From Thermoanaerobaculia bacterium (GTDB lineage Bacteria > Acidobacteriota > Thermoanaerobaculia > UBA5066): DNA of 64,000 nucleotides. Positions 39,001 through 49,985 of this stretch are shown here, in pieces. Within the stretch, counting starts at the first letter, position 1, and every line of letters starts with the position of its first letter. The stretch is from contig JBBRRY010000011.1 in assembly GCA_038245905.1 (NCBI GenBank), positions 23,589-87,588 on the forward strand, written 5' to 3'. Position numbers and translations under genes: made by a program. The notes below the pieces were generated by a model. It was given only the letters and a program-made list of their open reading frames with translations, searched no databases and was not told where the DNA came from.

Positions 39001-39118
39001 GCCGGAGAAGGACAAGAAGCACGTCATCTACGAGTCGGGCCACGCCCCGCCGCGCAAGGAGTTCATTCGCGAGACGCTCGACTGGCTGGACAAGTACCTC
39101 GGGCCCGTGAAGCGGTAG
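36083..39118 (+). CDS. Hanks-type Ser/Thr kinase - TM - SUMF1/FGE-like domain - alpha/beta hydrolase fusion
   Basis: GAGGFGEV, HRDVKSGN, DFGLAK and YMSPEQ; EVTNEEF, VSWYEAAAY, DMAGNVKEW and GFRC; GLSWG, D and GH triad. Confidence 0.9.
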   Translation: MSSGRGDPVKPGGPGDSASGGSDLSRDLTAATPPGSGPRLPAPSISGTTLGHFEVLERIGAGGFGEVYRARDVRVDRLVALKVLPEDFLEGEERRVRFQREAKLLASLNHSGIATLYSFEEIPGSLSSSSSSASSATRHVLVMELVDGRTLHAALARGPFSAAEALTVAIQIADALAEAHRAGILHRDVKSGNIMLTSRGQVKVLDFGLAKRLEGGPASGAAGPELTREGTTLGTLSYMSPEQLLGKAVDVRSDLFSFGVVLYEMLTGRLPFQGSTTVAVADSILHAEPKDFGEQPVPEGLKRIVKKLLEKDPARRFASAEEVLEALRAQQAAMAPARARRLSRNSRILLVAAAVVVALGAWAWSREARTRRAREAVPEIARLLAEDEYAKATALCREARAVLPGDPALEKLWLQATLEFSVESMPPGADVSYRPYRGDANVWQSLGKAPLNKVRVPKDRYVWRVEKAGYRPRYQILPTWIFTGGNLTFRLDEEGSTPAEMVRVTGGKVDLSIPGLDQLPQVELEDYLIDRDEVTNEEFRKFVDAGGYQKRDFWKQPFVRDGRTVPWDEAMAPFRDSTGRPGPATWELGSFPKGRAKYPVAAVSWYEAAAYAEFAGKSLPSVHHWNRAAQTRASMLIVPGSNFRGDGTVPVGGPGAISGFGTSDMAGNVKEWCWNETSKDRRFILGGGFGEPTYMFIDQDAQSPWDRRPNYGFRCVKLSGPPPLAALARIEPEFRDYAKEKPVPDEVFRAYKGLYAYDKGNLDARVEETEVTEDWAREKVSFNAAYGGERVVAYLYLPKNASPPFQTVVYFPGSNAIHADKFTLSVYADFIPKSGRALIAPIYKSTYERRDELKSDYPEPTAFWRDHNVFWSKDVGRSIDYLETRKDVDRSKLAYLGLSWGSAVAPIVLAVEDRFRTAVLESGGLEFQKTLPEADQINFVSRVKIPVLMLNGRYDHFFPVESSQLPFFHLLGTPEKDKKHVIYESGHAPPRKEFIRETLDWLDKYLGPVKR

Positions 39119-39127
39119 GCCGCGGCG

Positions 39128-40717
39128 TCAGCCGCGGCTGCGCATCAGGTTGAACTTCGCGAGCTCCGCGTACGTGAGCGTCGAGTCGAGGTCCTCTCGC
39201 GCGATCCGGAGATTCTGGACGAGCCCCTCGAGGACGAGCTCCATGAGGAACGCGCGCTCGTAGTGGTCGCGCGGCTTCGCGTGCTTGAGGACGAAGTCCG
39301 AAAGGCCCTTCACCGACTCCAGGGTCTTGAGGTGCTCTGAGAACGAGGTGCTGTCAGACAGGACGATCTTCCGGTCGCCCGTGAAGGCCGAGACGATGTC
39401 GTCGTAGGGGCCGGGCGCCGGCCCGGCCGCGGCGGACGCCGTGCGCCGGCCCTCCGCGCGCTCGAGCGTGGTCGGACCGCTCGCGTCGTCCTCGTCCAGC
39501 TCGCCGCTCCGGGGCCGTCGCCGGCTCTCGGCGCGCGTGCGCGGGCCCTCGACGGGCGGGAACCTCGACTCGAATAGGGATTTCACGGCGTCTCCGATGA
39601 GCTTCTTCGCGACGATCTCGGCGCCCTGCTGCTCGCCCTCGAACACCATCTCGACCTTGCCCGTGATCGCGGGCAGCGCCGCGAAGAGGTCCACGAGGCG
39701 CGGCGCGACGACGGACTCGCCCGTCGTCAGCGCGCGCCTCTCGAGATTCGACACGAGGAGCTCGCGCGCCGCGATCGAGAGGCGCGCGGAGACGCCCGAG
39801 GACTGGTCCACGAGCTCGCTCTTCCGCGCCACGAAGGCGATCTCCTCGATGAGGAGCTTCACCTCGTCGCCGAGGAGCACCGTCAGTCCCGCCGCCTCGC
39901 GGTCGGTCCAGGCTTCCTGGTCCGTGATGGCCGAGGCCGTCTTCGCGTCGACGGGATAGTGCGTGAGGATCTGCGACGCGATGCGGTCCTTCAGCGGCGT
40001 GATGATGTTGCCGCGGTTCGTGTAGTCCTCCGGGTTCGCCGAGAAGACCATCAGGATGTCGAGAGGGATCCGCAGCGGGAAGCCGCGGAACTGGAGGTCG
40101 CGCTCCTCGAGGATGTTCAGGAGGCCGACCTGGATGCGCGGCTGCAGGTCCGGCAGCTCGTTGATCGCGAAGATCCCGCGGTTCGTGCGCGGGATGATCC
40201 CGTAGTGGATGACGTCCTCGTCCGCGAACGTCTTCCGGAGCGTGGCGGCCTTCACGGGATCGACGTCGCCGATGAGGTCGGCGATCGTGACGTCCGGCGT
40301 CGCGAGCTTCTCGCGGTAACGCGCCGCGCGCGGCAGCCAGGCGACGGGGAGGTCGTTTCCGGTGCTCGCGGCCATGCGGCGGCCGTACGCGGAGAAGGGC
40401 GCGAACGGCGATTCGTTCAGCTCCGAGCCCGCGATCACGGGGATCTCCTCGTCGAGGAGGTTGACGAGCGCGCGCAGGAGGCGCGTCTTCGCCTGGCCGC
40501 GCAGGCCGAGAAGGATGATGTCGTGGCGCGCGAGGATCGCGTTCTGGAGCGCGGGCAGGACCGTCTTCTCGTATCCGAGGATGCCGGGGAAGACACTCTC
40601 GCCCTTCTTCAGCTTCGCGATGAGGTTGTCCCGCACCTCGTCCTTGACGGTCTTCGGTCCGTAGCCTTCCGCGATCAGCTCACCGAGGGTCGTGGGACGT
40701 TCGGGATTCGAAGACAT
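39128..40717 (-). CDS. Mg-chelatase-like AAA+ ATPase (Rv0958-like)
   Basis: LGLRGQAKTR, EKLATPD, RGIFAINELPDL and SANPEDYTNRG. Confidence 0.9.
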   Translation of the reverse strand: MSSNPERPTTLGELIAEGYGPKTVKDEVRDNLIAKLKKGESVFPGILGYEKTVLPALQNAILARHDIILLGLRGQAKTRLLRALVNLLDEEIPVIAGSELNESPFAPFSAYGRRMAASTGNDLPVAWLPRAARYREKLATPDVTIADLIGDVDPVKAATLRKTFADEDVIHYGIIPRTNRGIFAINELPDLQPRIQVGLLNILEERDLQFRGFPLRIPLDILMVFSANPEDYTNRGNIITPLKDRIASQILTHYPVDAKTASAITDQEAWTDREAAGLTVLLGDEVKLLIEEIAFVARKSELVDQSSGVSARLSIAARELLVSNLERRALTTGESVVAPRLVDLFAALPAITGKVEMVFEGEQQGAEIVAKKLIGDAVKSLFESRFPPVEGPRTRAESRRRPRSGELDEDDASGPTTLERAEGRRTASAAAGPAPGPYDDIVSAFTGDRKIVLSDSTSFSEHLKTLESVKGLSDFVLKHAKPRDHYERAFLMELVLEGLVQNLRIAREDLDSTLTYAELAKFNLMRSRG

Positions 40718-40806
40718 GCGGCCCCTTCCGTGCCGAGGTTACGACAGGACCGGGCCGCCGGGATGTCGAAACCCGTGGAGGACATGATTGGACGTCCCGC
40801 CTTCGT

Positions 40807-40825
40807 GCCGACCGGACCGGTCAGC
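40807..40825 (-). promoter_or_regulatory. Putative bacterial SECIS hairpin
   Basis: GCUGACCG-GUC-CGGUCGGC stem-loop with its G-led apical loop 21 nt downstream of the in-frame UGA at 40839-40841. Confidence 0.6.
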
Positions 40826-41342
40826 GGTTGCGGCCGAGTCAACCGGCCGAGAACTCGCGTACCGGATCGCCCGGCGGGATCACGGGCACGAGCGGGACGG
40901 ATTTCGACGCGAAACGAGCGCCGAGCGCCTCCATCCGTTTCTTCGACCAGCCCGCGAACGTGTCGAGGGTCGTTCCGTCCTTCGCGAGAAGGACGAAGAG
41001 CGGCACCGACTCGACGTCGAACGCATTCGAGGCGACGAACGTGGGCTCGGGATCCAGGAGGAGATCGAACGTCGCCCCGCCATGCGCCGCGTAGAACGCG
41101 CGGCTCGACACCTCGTCGTTTTGCGAGACCCCGATGACGTGCACGGATTTCCCGCCGTACGCCTTGTGCACGCGCTCGAGGTAGGGCCAGGAGAGCTGGC
41201 AGATGGGGCAGCTCGTCTTGAAGAACGCGAGGAGGACGGGGAGGCCATTTCCCGCCGCGACGAGGTCTCTCGTCGTGAGGGAGCCGCCCAGAGGAGTCCG
41301 GAACCGGGCATCGGGTGCGGCGAAGCCTGCCGAAGATTTCAT
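40821..41342 (-). CDS. Redoxin (AhpC-TSA/TlpA-like), probable selenoprotein ending FSAG-U-LGRNR
   Basis: FFKTSCPICQ CxxC thioredoxin fold. The first UGA (40839-40841) is followed by 5 codons and a SECIS-like hairpin. Ends at 40839 if not recoded. Confidence 0.8.
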
Positions 41343-41384
41343 CCTACGAGTGTATCCGGGAGGAGGCGCCGGGGCGCCGGCCCG

Positions 41385-41879
41385 TCAGTTCGCGTCGCCG
41401 GCCGCTCCCGCAGGAACGGGCGCCGCGCCCGACGCGCTCGACGTCGCTCCCGGCGCTCCGGGCGTCGCGTCGGCGACGCGCAGCGAGACGACCTTCGCTC
41501 CGTCGGCCGTCGGCAGATAGCGCGCGACAACGTGGTCTTTTGCCTTCAGCTCAGCGAAGGTGGAACGCTGCTTTCCCCGGATGACTGGCACGTCGGGGGC
41601 GATGGAGAGCGCGATCGTTTCGCGGGTCGCGGGCTTGCCCTTTACGGGAGTGGACTTCACGGACTCGCGAACGAGAAAGAGGCGCGACGGGAAATCGACC
41701 CACACGATTTCACCCACGATGGTCTTCGACGCAACAACAGCGGCGCCGGCCGCCGGCGCTCCCGCCGGCGCGGACTTCGCCGGCACGGACTTCGCCGGCG
41801 CAGACGGAGACGCAGCCCCGGCCTTTTGAGCGTCATCGGGGGCCACGAGCAGTGCCAGAAGGAGGACGAGGGCAGACAT
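41385..41879 (-). CDS. Hypothetical secreted protein (OB-fold/DUF5666-like core, Ala/Pro-rich flanks)
   Basis: Signal peptide; GEIVWVD..FAELKAKDHVVARY pattern. Confidence 0.65.
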   Translation of the reverse strand: MSALVLLLALLVAPDDAQKAGAASPSAPAKSVPAKSAPAGAPAAGAAVVASKTIVGEIVWVDFPSRLFLVRESVKSTPVKGKPATRETIALSIAPDVPVIRGKQRSTFAELKAKDHVVARYLPTADGAKVVSLRVADATPGAPGATSSASGAAPVPAGAAGDAN

Positions 41880-41893
41880 CGCTCCTTCTTACG

Positions 41894-41909
41894 TGCACGA
41901 GCCGTGCCG
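41894..41909 (-). promoter_or_regulatory. Putative sigma54 (-24/-12) promoter
   Basis: CGGCACGGCTCGTGCA (GG-N10-GC) directly downstream of a sigma54 activator gene. Confidence 0.55.
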
Positions 41910-42063
41910 GGTTTGGTGCGAGGCACCGAGTGGCATTCCAGGGCGAAAACTTTGTCGTTTAGAGGGTTGCGGCCGTCCCGTGGAGCTTTTTGTGGCCGCC
42001 GGTGTTCGAGCCTGCCCCATTCGGTCGACGAGGACCGTCCCAAATGGAACGGCTGCGGCCGTC

Positions 42064-43464
42064 TCAGGCCGGTTTCTTGAGCCCGAACTTTTCCAGCCGA
42101 TATTGCAGCGTGCGGTACGTCAGGCCGAGGAGGCGGGCCGCTCGCGCGATGACCCAGCCCGATTTCTCCATCGCCTGGACGATGAGCTGGCGCTCGAACT
42201 CCTCGATGTCGATTCCCTCCGTGGGAATGTCGAAGCCATACGGCCGCGCGGAGGGCGCGGTGCGGAGGCGCACGTCCGCCGGGAGGTCTTCCGGCCGGAT
42301 CGTGCTCCCTTCCGAGAGGAGCACCGCGCGCTCGACGAGGCTCTCCAGCTGGCGCACGTTTCCAGGCCACGGATGCCGCACGAGAAGCTCCAGCGCTTCC
42401 GGTGAGACCGTGGTCACGGCCGTCCCGTGAGACGCGTTTGCCTTGTCGAGGAAGCGGCTCACGAGGGCCTTGATGTCGGAGGCGCGCTCGCGGAGCGGCG
42501 GCAGGTCGACGGGAATCACGTTGAGGCGGTAGAAGAGGTCCTCGCGGAACTGGCCCGTCTTCATCATCCCCTCGAGGTCGCGGTTCGTGGCCGCGACGAT
42601 GCGTACGTCCACGGGGATCGTCTCCGTGCCGCCCACGCGCTTGACCTCTTTTTCCTGCAGGGCACGCAGGATCTTTCCCTGGAGCGGCAGGGTGAGATCC
42701 CCGATCTCGTCGAGAAAGAGCGTCGAGCCGCTCGCCGCCTCGACGAGGCCGATCTTTTTCGCGTCGGCCCCCGTGAACGAGCCTTTCTCGTGGCCGAAGA
42801 GCTCGCTTTCGAGGAGGTTCTCGGGGATGGCCGCGCAGTTCAGCGCGAAGAAGGGTTTGGAAGAACGGAGCGAGCGAGCGTGAATCGCGCGGGCGACGAG
42901 CTCTTTGCCGGTGCCGGATTCGCCGCGGATCAGGATCGTGGAGTTCGTCGGGGCGATCTTCTCCACGAGGCGGAACATGTCCCGCATCGGCGCGCTTTCG
43001 CCGACGATGGCCTCGAGCCCGTCGTTCTTCAGGCGCCGTTCGAGACGGAGGTTCTTCTCGGCGAGCCGGAACGCCTCGACGGCGCGCTCCACGCGGAAGA
43101 GCAGCTCGTCGGCGACGACGGGTTTCGACATGTAGTCGAACGCGCCGAGACGGTGCGCCTCGCGCGCGCGCTCGACCGAGCCGTGCGCCGTCACGAGGAT
43201 GACCTTCGGCGGGAGCGGCCCGTCCGCCAGAGAGCTCAGGCTCTTCACGACGTCCATGCCGGTAAGGCCCGGCATCTTGAGGTCGGTGAGAACGACCTCG
43301 GGCCGGATCTCGGCGGCCTTCGCGAGCGCCTCACGCCCGTCCGCGGCGGCGGTGACCTTGTATCCCTCGTCTTCGAGGATCAGGGCGAGCGACTCGCGCT
43401 GATGCTTCTCGTCGTCGACGACGAGAAGAGACGCCTTCGGCTCTTTCGCGTTCGGGGTGCTCAC
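42064..43464 (-). CDS. Sigma54-dependent response regulator (NtrC family)
   Basis: REC domain (VVDDE, TDLKMP), GESGTGKE, GSFTGA, FLDEIG, WPGNVRQL and an HTH. Confidence 0.95.
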   Translation of the reverse strand: MSTPNAKEPKASLLVVDDEKHQRESLALILEDEGYKVTAAADGREALAKAAEIRPEVVLTDLKMPGLTGMDVVKSLSSLADGPLPPKVILVTAHGSVERAREAHRLGAFDYMSKPVVADELLFRVERAVEAFRLAEKNLRLERRLKNDGLEAIVGESAPMRDMFRLVEKIAPTNSTILIRGESGTGKELVARAIHARSLRSSKPFFALNCAAIPENLLESELFGHEKGSFTGADAKKIGLVEAASGSTLFLDEIGDLTLPLQGKILRALQEKEVKRVGGTETIPVDVRIVAATNRDLEGMMKTGQFREDLFYRLNVIPVDLPPLRERASDIKALVSRFLDKANASHGTAVTTVSPEALELLVRHPWPGNVRQLESLVERAVLLSEGSTIRPEDLPADVRLRTAPSARPYGFDIPTEGIDIEEFERQLIVQAMEKSGWVIARAARLLGLTYRTLQYRLEKFGLKKPA

Positions 43465-43489
43465 GGGAAGAGATTACCCTGCCGGCCGC

Positions 43490-44944
43490 TCAGCCGCCCG
43501 CGGGCAGGGAGACACGGAAGAGGGCGCCGGGGCGTCCGTCCTTTCGAGGGCCAGCCGAGACGCGACCCCCGTGCTCCTCGACGATTCGTTTGACCATCGC
43601 GAGGCCGAGGCCCACGCCCCCCTCCTTCTTCGAGAAATAGGGGTCGAAGAGGCGCGGGAGGTCGGCCTCGGAAATGCCGGGTCCCTCGTCTTCGACGGAG
43701 AGGACGAGGCGGCGGCCGGACTCCTCGATCCCGCTCTCGGCGGAGAGACGCACACGGAGGAGGCCGCCATGCCGTTCCATCGCCTGAATGCCGTTCTGCA
43801 CGAGGTTCCAGATCGAGGACTTGAGGAGGTTCGCGTCCGCCCGGAGGAGCGGCACCATTTCGGGAACGTCTTCCTCGATCGTGACGTGGGCCTGCGCGGC
43901 CGTCTCTCCGAGGTCCGAGAGCGTGTGACGCACGAGAGCGGCAAGGTCCGTCGGCGCAAACGTGAGGGTGAGAGGCCGCCCGTAGGCGAGGAAGTTGTTG
44001 ATGAGGATCGCGAGGCGGTTGATCTCCTCGCGCAGCGCCTCGATGCGCCCGCCGTACTCGGCCGCCGCGGCCTCGTCGGCCGGCCGGTGGCGGCGCCGGA
44101 GGACGTCGAGCCCGAGAGACAGTGCGTTCAGGGGATTCTTGATCTCGTGGGCGAGGCCGGACGCGAGATGGCCGATCTCGGCGTTCTTCTCGGCGCCCGC
44201 GAGCCGCACCTCGAGCTCCTGCCTCTCCCGCAGCTTCTCCGTCATGTAGTTGAAGGTGGAGGCCAGCCGTCCGATCTCGTCGTCGCGGTCGACTGGCACG
44301 GTCACGTCGAGTCGCCCTTCTGCCACGAGGGCTGCGCCGTCGGCGAGCGTGTCGAGGGGACGCGTCGCGTTGCGGGTGAGGACGAGCATGACCGCAAGGC
44401 CGAGCGCGAAGACGCCGAGGAGCGCGAAGAGACGGCGCCGGAAATTGTCCGCGAGCTGGGCGCGGATATTTTCGAGGTTGTAGGCGATCTCCACGTGGCC
44501 GCGGAGGTGGCCGTCGATGACGATCGGCACCACGAGATGCCGGTTCGTGGGTCCCGAGCCGATCGCGCCCGAGATGACGATGTCCTTCGGGCTCGGCGTC
44601 TTCTTCGGACGTCGCGCGGCGGTTCCCGGAGGCGCGGCTTCGGCCAGCGGCCGGCCCGCTTCGTCCGCGACTTTGATGTTCTGGAGGCCGCGGGCGCGGA
44701 GCGCCGCGGTGTAGTCCTCGAGCACCCTCGGGTCTTTCCAGCCCTCGGGGCCGATTTGCGTCGTCGCGACCTCGATGGCCTTCGCGACGGCCTGGTAGGA
44801 GCCGTCCGCCTCTTCGAGCGTCTCGTCGCGGGTCTGGAAGTAGACGAGCGTTTGCGCGATCGCAGCGAGCACGAGGATGCCGGCCCAGGTCAGGCCGAGG
44901 CGCGTGGAGAGCCGGATTCCCCGGACACGGGAGCCGCCGATCAC
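43490..44944 (-). CDS. HAMP-domain sensor histidine kinase
   Basis: Two TMs, HAMP (DEIGRLASTFNYM), LAHEIKNPL, NLVQNG, DEGPG and GLGL. Confidence 0.93.
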   Translation of the reverse strand: MIGGSRVRGIRLSTRLGLTWAGILVLAAIAQTLVYFQTRDETLEEADGSYQAVAKAIEVATTQIGPEGWKDPRVLEDYTAALRARGLQNIKVADEAGRPLAEAAPPGTAARRPKKTPSPKDIVISGAIGSGPTNRHLVVPIVIDGHLRGHVEIAYNLENIRAQLADNFRRRLFALLGVFALGLAVMLVLTRNATRPLDTLADGAALVAEGRLDVTVPVDRDDEIGRLASTFNYMTEKLRERQELEVRLAGAEKNAEIGHLASGLAHEIKNPLNALSLGLDVLRRRHRPADEAAAAEYGGRIEALREEINRLAILINNFLAYGRPLTLTFAPTDLAALVRHTLSDLGETAAQAHVTIEEDVPEMVPLLRADANLLKSSIWNLVQNGIQAMERHGGLLRVRLSAESGIEESGRRLVLSVEDEGPGISEADLPRLFDPYFSKKEGGVGLGLAMVKRIVEEHGGRVSAGPRKDGRPGALFRVSLPAGG

Positions 44945-44951
44945 AGCCGCC

Positions 44952-45626
44952 TCACGGGATCGTGAAAGAGCGAATCGTGAAGTAAAGGCCGAAGCCGACA
45001 AGCAGGACTCCGGCGACGATGGTCGAACGGGATGCCCATGCGCCCGCGCGCGAACGCCAGCGATCGGCCAGCTCGATGAGGAGCGCGAACCACGAGAAGA
45101 CGCCGAGGCCTACCCCGAGTGCGAAGCCTCCGGCCCCGGCCGCCGAGGGCACGAACAGCCGGTGCCCGACGAGGAAGGAGATGAAGAGCGTCCAGTTCAC
45201 GAAGAGAGCCGGGTTCGCCGCGCCCTGCAGGAGGCCCGTCAGCACGGGGAACCGGGAGAATCCCCCGCGCGCCTCGGCCGGACGGGGCGTGAATTGAAGG
45301 CGCGACGTTCCGGGGTCGGGCCGTTCCGCGTCGCGCCGCGCGTCCACGAGAAGGAGCTTCGCGCCGTAGCCCACGAGGAAGAGTGCGAGCGGCCCGCGCA
45401 CCCACGGGTTCGTCACGACCTTCTCGAGGATCCAGCCGAGGCCGAGCCCGATGAGCGCGCAGATGAACGTGTCCACGGCCGCACCGCCAAGGGCGACGCG
45501 ATAGGCGTCCCGTTTCTCGCCTTGAAGGCTTTTTCTCAGGCATGTGACATTGAGCGGGCCGGGCGGAACGGCGCCGATGAACCCGGCAAGAAAGCCCATG
45601 ACCAAGGCCAGCGGGAATGCCGCCAC
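44952..45626 (-). CDS. LysE family translocator
   Basis: AVPPGPLN and AANP motifs; six hydrophobic segments. Confidence 0.85.
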   Translation of the reverse strand: MAAFPLALVMGFLAGFIGAVPPGPLNVTCLRKSLQGEKRDAYRVALGGAAVDTFICALIGLGLGWILEKVVTNPWVRGPLALFLVGYGAKLLLVDARRDAERPDPGTSRLQFTPRPAEARGGFSRFPVLTGLLQGAANPALFVNWTLFISFLVGHRLFVPSAAGAGGFALGVGLGVFSWFALLIELADRWRSRAGAWASRSTIVAGVLLVGFGLYFTIRSFTIP

Positions 45627-46238
45627 GGGCTCCTATCCTCTCACGGCCCGTTGCGGCTCCCGCCGTCCGAGCGTACAGTGAAGGCGTGAGTCGTCTTCCC
45701 GTTTGCGCCGCCGCGTGCTCCTTCCTCCTGCTCGCGGGCATCCCCATGCGCGCCGAGGGGCGCCTCGAGTTCGAGCCGAAAGTGGGAGCCATCGGCGGGC
45801 GGGTCGTCGTCAAGGCGGGCGTGCCCGCGGGCTCGCAGCTTTTGTTCGGCGGAAAGCCGGTGGGCGTCGTGAAGGAAGCCGACGGCATCTCGGCGTTCGT
45901 CGTGCCGCCCGGAGCTTCGGGGAGCGCGTTCCTCGAGATCGTGAGCGGAGGCAAGACGATTTCGAAGAGCGCCGTGCCCTTCATCGTCTCCGGCGCGTCG
46001 CTGGCGGCGCCGGCGAAGCTCATCGGCCTCAAGGAGGCGATCGACGTCTTCGGCTATTCCGACCCGCGACCCACGGGTGGAGAAAAGCCCGAGCCGAAAG
46101 CGCGTCCCATCCTGAAGCTGGACGATGACGAGATCCTCACGATCGGCGAGCCCTCGCCCTACCGGCTGGGGCCGGCGGTCGAGAGCGGCGATCTCGCGTC
46201 CGCGGGTCGTTCCCCCATGTCGGGAACGGGCTTCCTCA

Positions 46239-48928
<2,690 letters not shown>

Positions 48929-48948
48929 GAGAAATAAGGAAGGTGGGC

Positions 48949-49278
48949 TCAGGAGCGTCCGCGGCCGTAGCCGCCGCCGCCGCCACCACCGCCGTAACCG
49001 CCACGGCCGCCTCCGCCGCCGCCGCCGCCCGTGCGGGGCTCCTGTGGGCGCGCCTCGTTGACGCGGAGAGCACGGCCCTCGAGCTCCTGGCCGTTCAGGG
49101 CTCCCATGGCCTTCTGTCCGTCGGCGTCGGACATCTCGACGAAGCCGAATCCCTTGGACTGGCCGGTGTCGCGGTCCGAGATGACGCGGGCCGACTCGAT
49201 GGCACCGTACGCCTCGAACATGGAACGGAGCGTGGCGTCGTTCACGGAGTAGGCGAGGTTTCCGACGTAGAGCTTCAT
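48949..49278 (-). CDS. RRM RNA-binding protein with Gly-rich tail
   Basis: KLYVGNL (RNP2), KGFGFVEM (RNP1) and RVNEARP. Confidence 0.95.
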   Translation of the reverse strand: MKLYVGNLAYSVNDATLRSMFEAYGAIESARVISDRDTGQSKGFGFVEMSDADGQKAMGALNGQELEGRALRVNEARPQEPRTGGGGGGGGRGGYGGGGGGGGYGRGRS

Positions 49279-49477
49279 GGAATGAGAATCCTTCGCAACA
49301 GATGCGGTCTGGTAGGGCTCCTCGCGTCGATCAGGCGGGAAGCGGGTTCGGGAGATGGTGGGAACGAAACATGTCGAAAGACGGGGAAAGTGGGCGCCAA
49401 CGGAAGAATTGCATCATGCCCGGGAAGCCAAAGTCAAATTGAAATCGGCCCGCCGGGCGGGAGCGTAGGCTTTCCGG

Positions 49478-49924
49478 ATGCCGATCCTGGAGTTCCCCCT
49501 CGACCTTCCCGGCGTGACCCGCGGCACCCTCTGGGAGTTTCACCGCGATCCCGCGGCGCTCGAGCGGCTCACGCCGCCCGAGAAGAAGATCCGGGTCGTC
49601 GAGCGGCCCCGGGAAATGCATGCGGGCGCCCGCGTCGTCCTCCGGGTTCGGCAGTTCGGCCTCTGGCTGACATGGATTTCCCTCATCGAGGTGTGGGAGC
49701 CCGAGACGCGTTTCGTGGACGTGCAGGAGAAGGGGCCCTTCGCCTCGTGGCGGCACGAGCACCTCTTTTTCGAAGGCCGGCTCCTCGACCGGGTGACCTA
49801 CGAGGTGCCGCTCGCGATGGTGGGCGGGAGGCTCGCCGAAACGGTGCTCGTGAGGCCCGACCTCGAACGCATGTTCAAGCATCGGCACGCTGTCACGGCC
49901 GCCGCCCTCCGTCCCCGGACGTGA
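49478..49924 (+). CDS. SRPBCC family protein
   Basis: LWEFH..LERLTPP, FVDVQEKGPFASWRHEH and MFKHRH. Confidence 0.85.
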   Translation: MPILEFPLDLPGVTRGTLWEFHRDPAALERLTPPEKKIRVVERPREMHAGARVVLRVRQFGLWLTWISLIEVWEPETRFVDVQEKGPFASWRHEHLFFEGRLLDRVTYEVPLAMVGGRLAETVLVRPDLERMFKHRHAVTAAALRPRT

Positions 49925-49938
49925 ACATCCGGGTCCCG

Positions 49939-49966
49939 GGAACTTTCGGCCGCCCCGGGGGTCGAA
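49939..49966 (+). promoter_or_regulatory. ECF sigma-type promoter (probably autoregulatory)
   Basis: GGAACT-N16-GTCGAA just upstream of the ECF sigma gene. Confidence 0.6.
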
Positions 49967-49985
49967 ACCCGAGGAGATCGATGAG

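Noticed and set aside
36434-39043. 869-aa antisense ORF and the many similar long antisense ORFs
   Set aside because: Expected stop-codon scarcity opposite high-GC3 genes; no recognisable motifs.
48962-49030. GCC-rich tandem repeats as a possible CRISPR or VNTR
   Set aside because: They encode the Gly-rich tail of the RRM protein. There is no repeat-spacer structure and no cas gene in the window.
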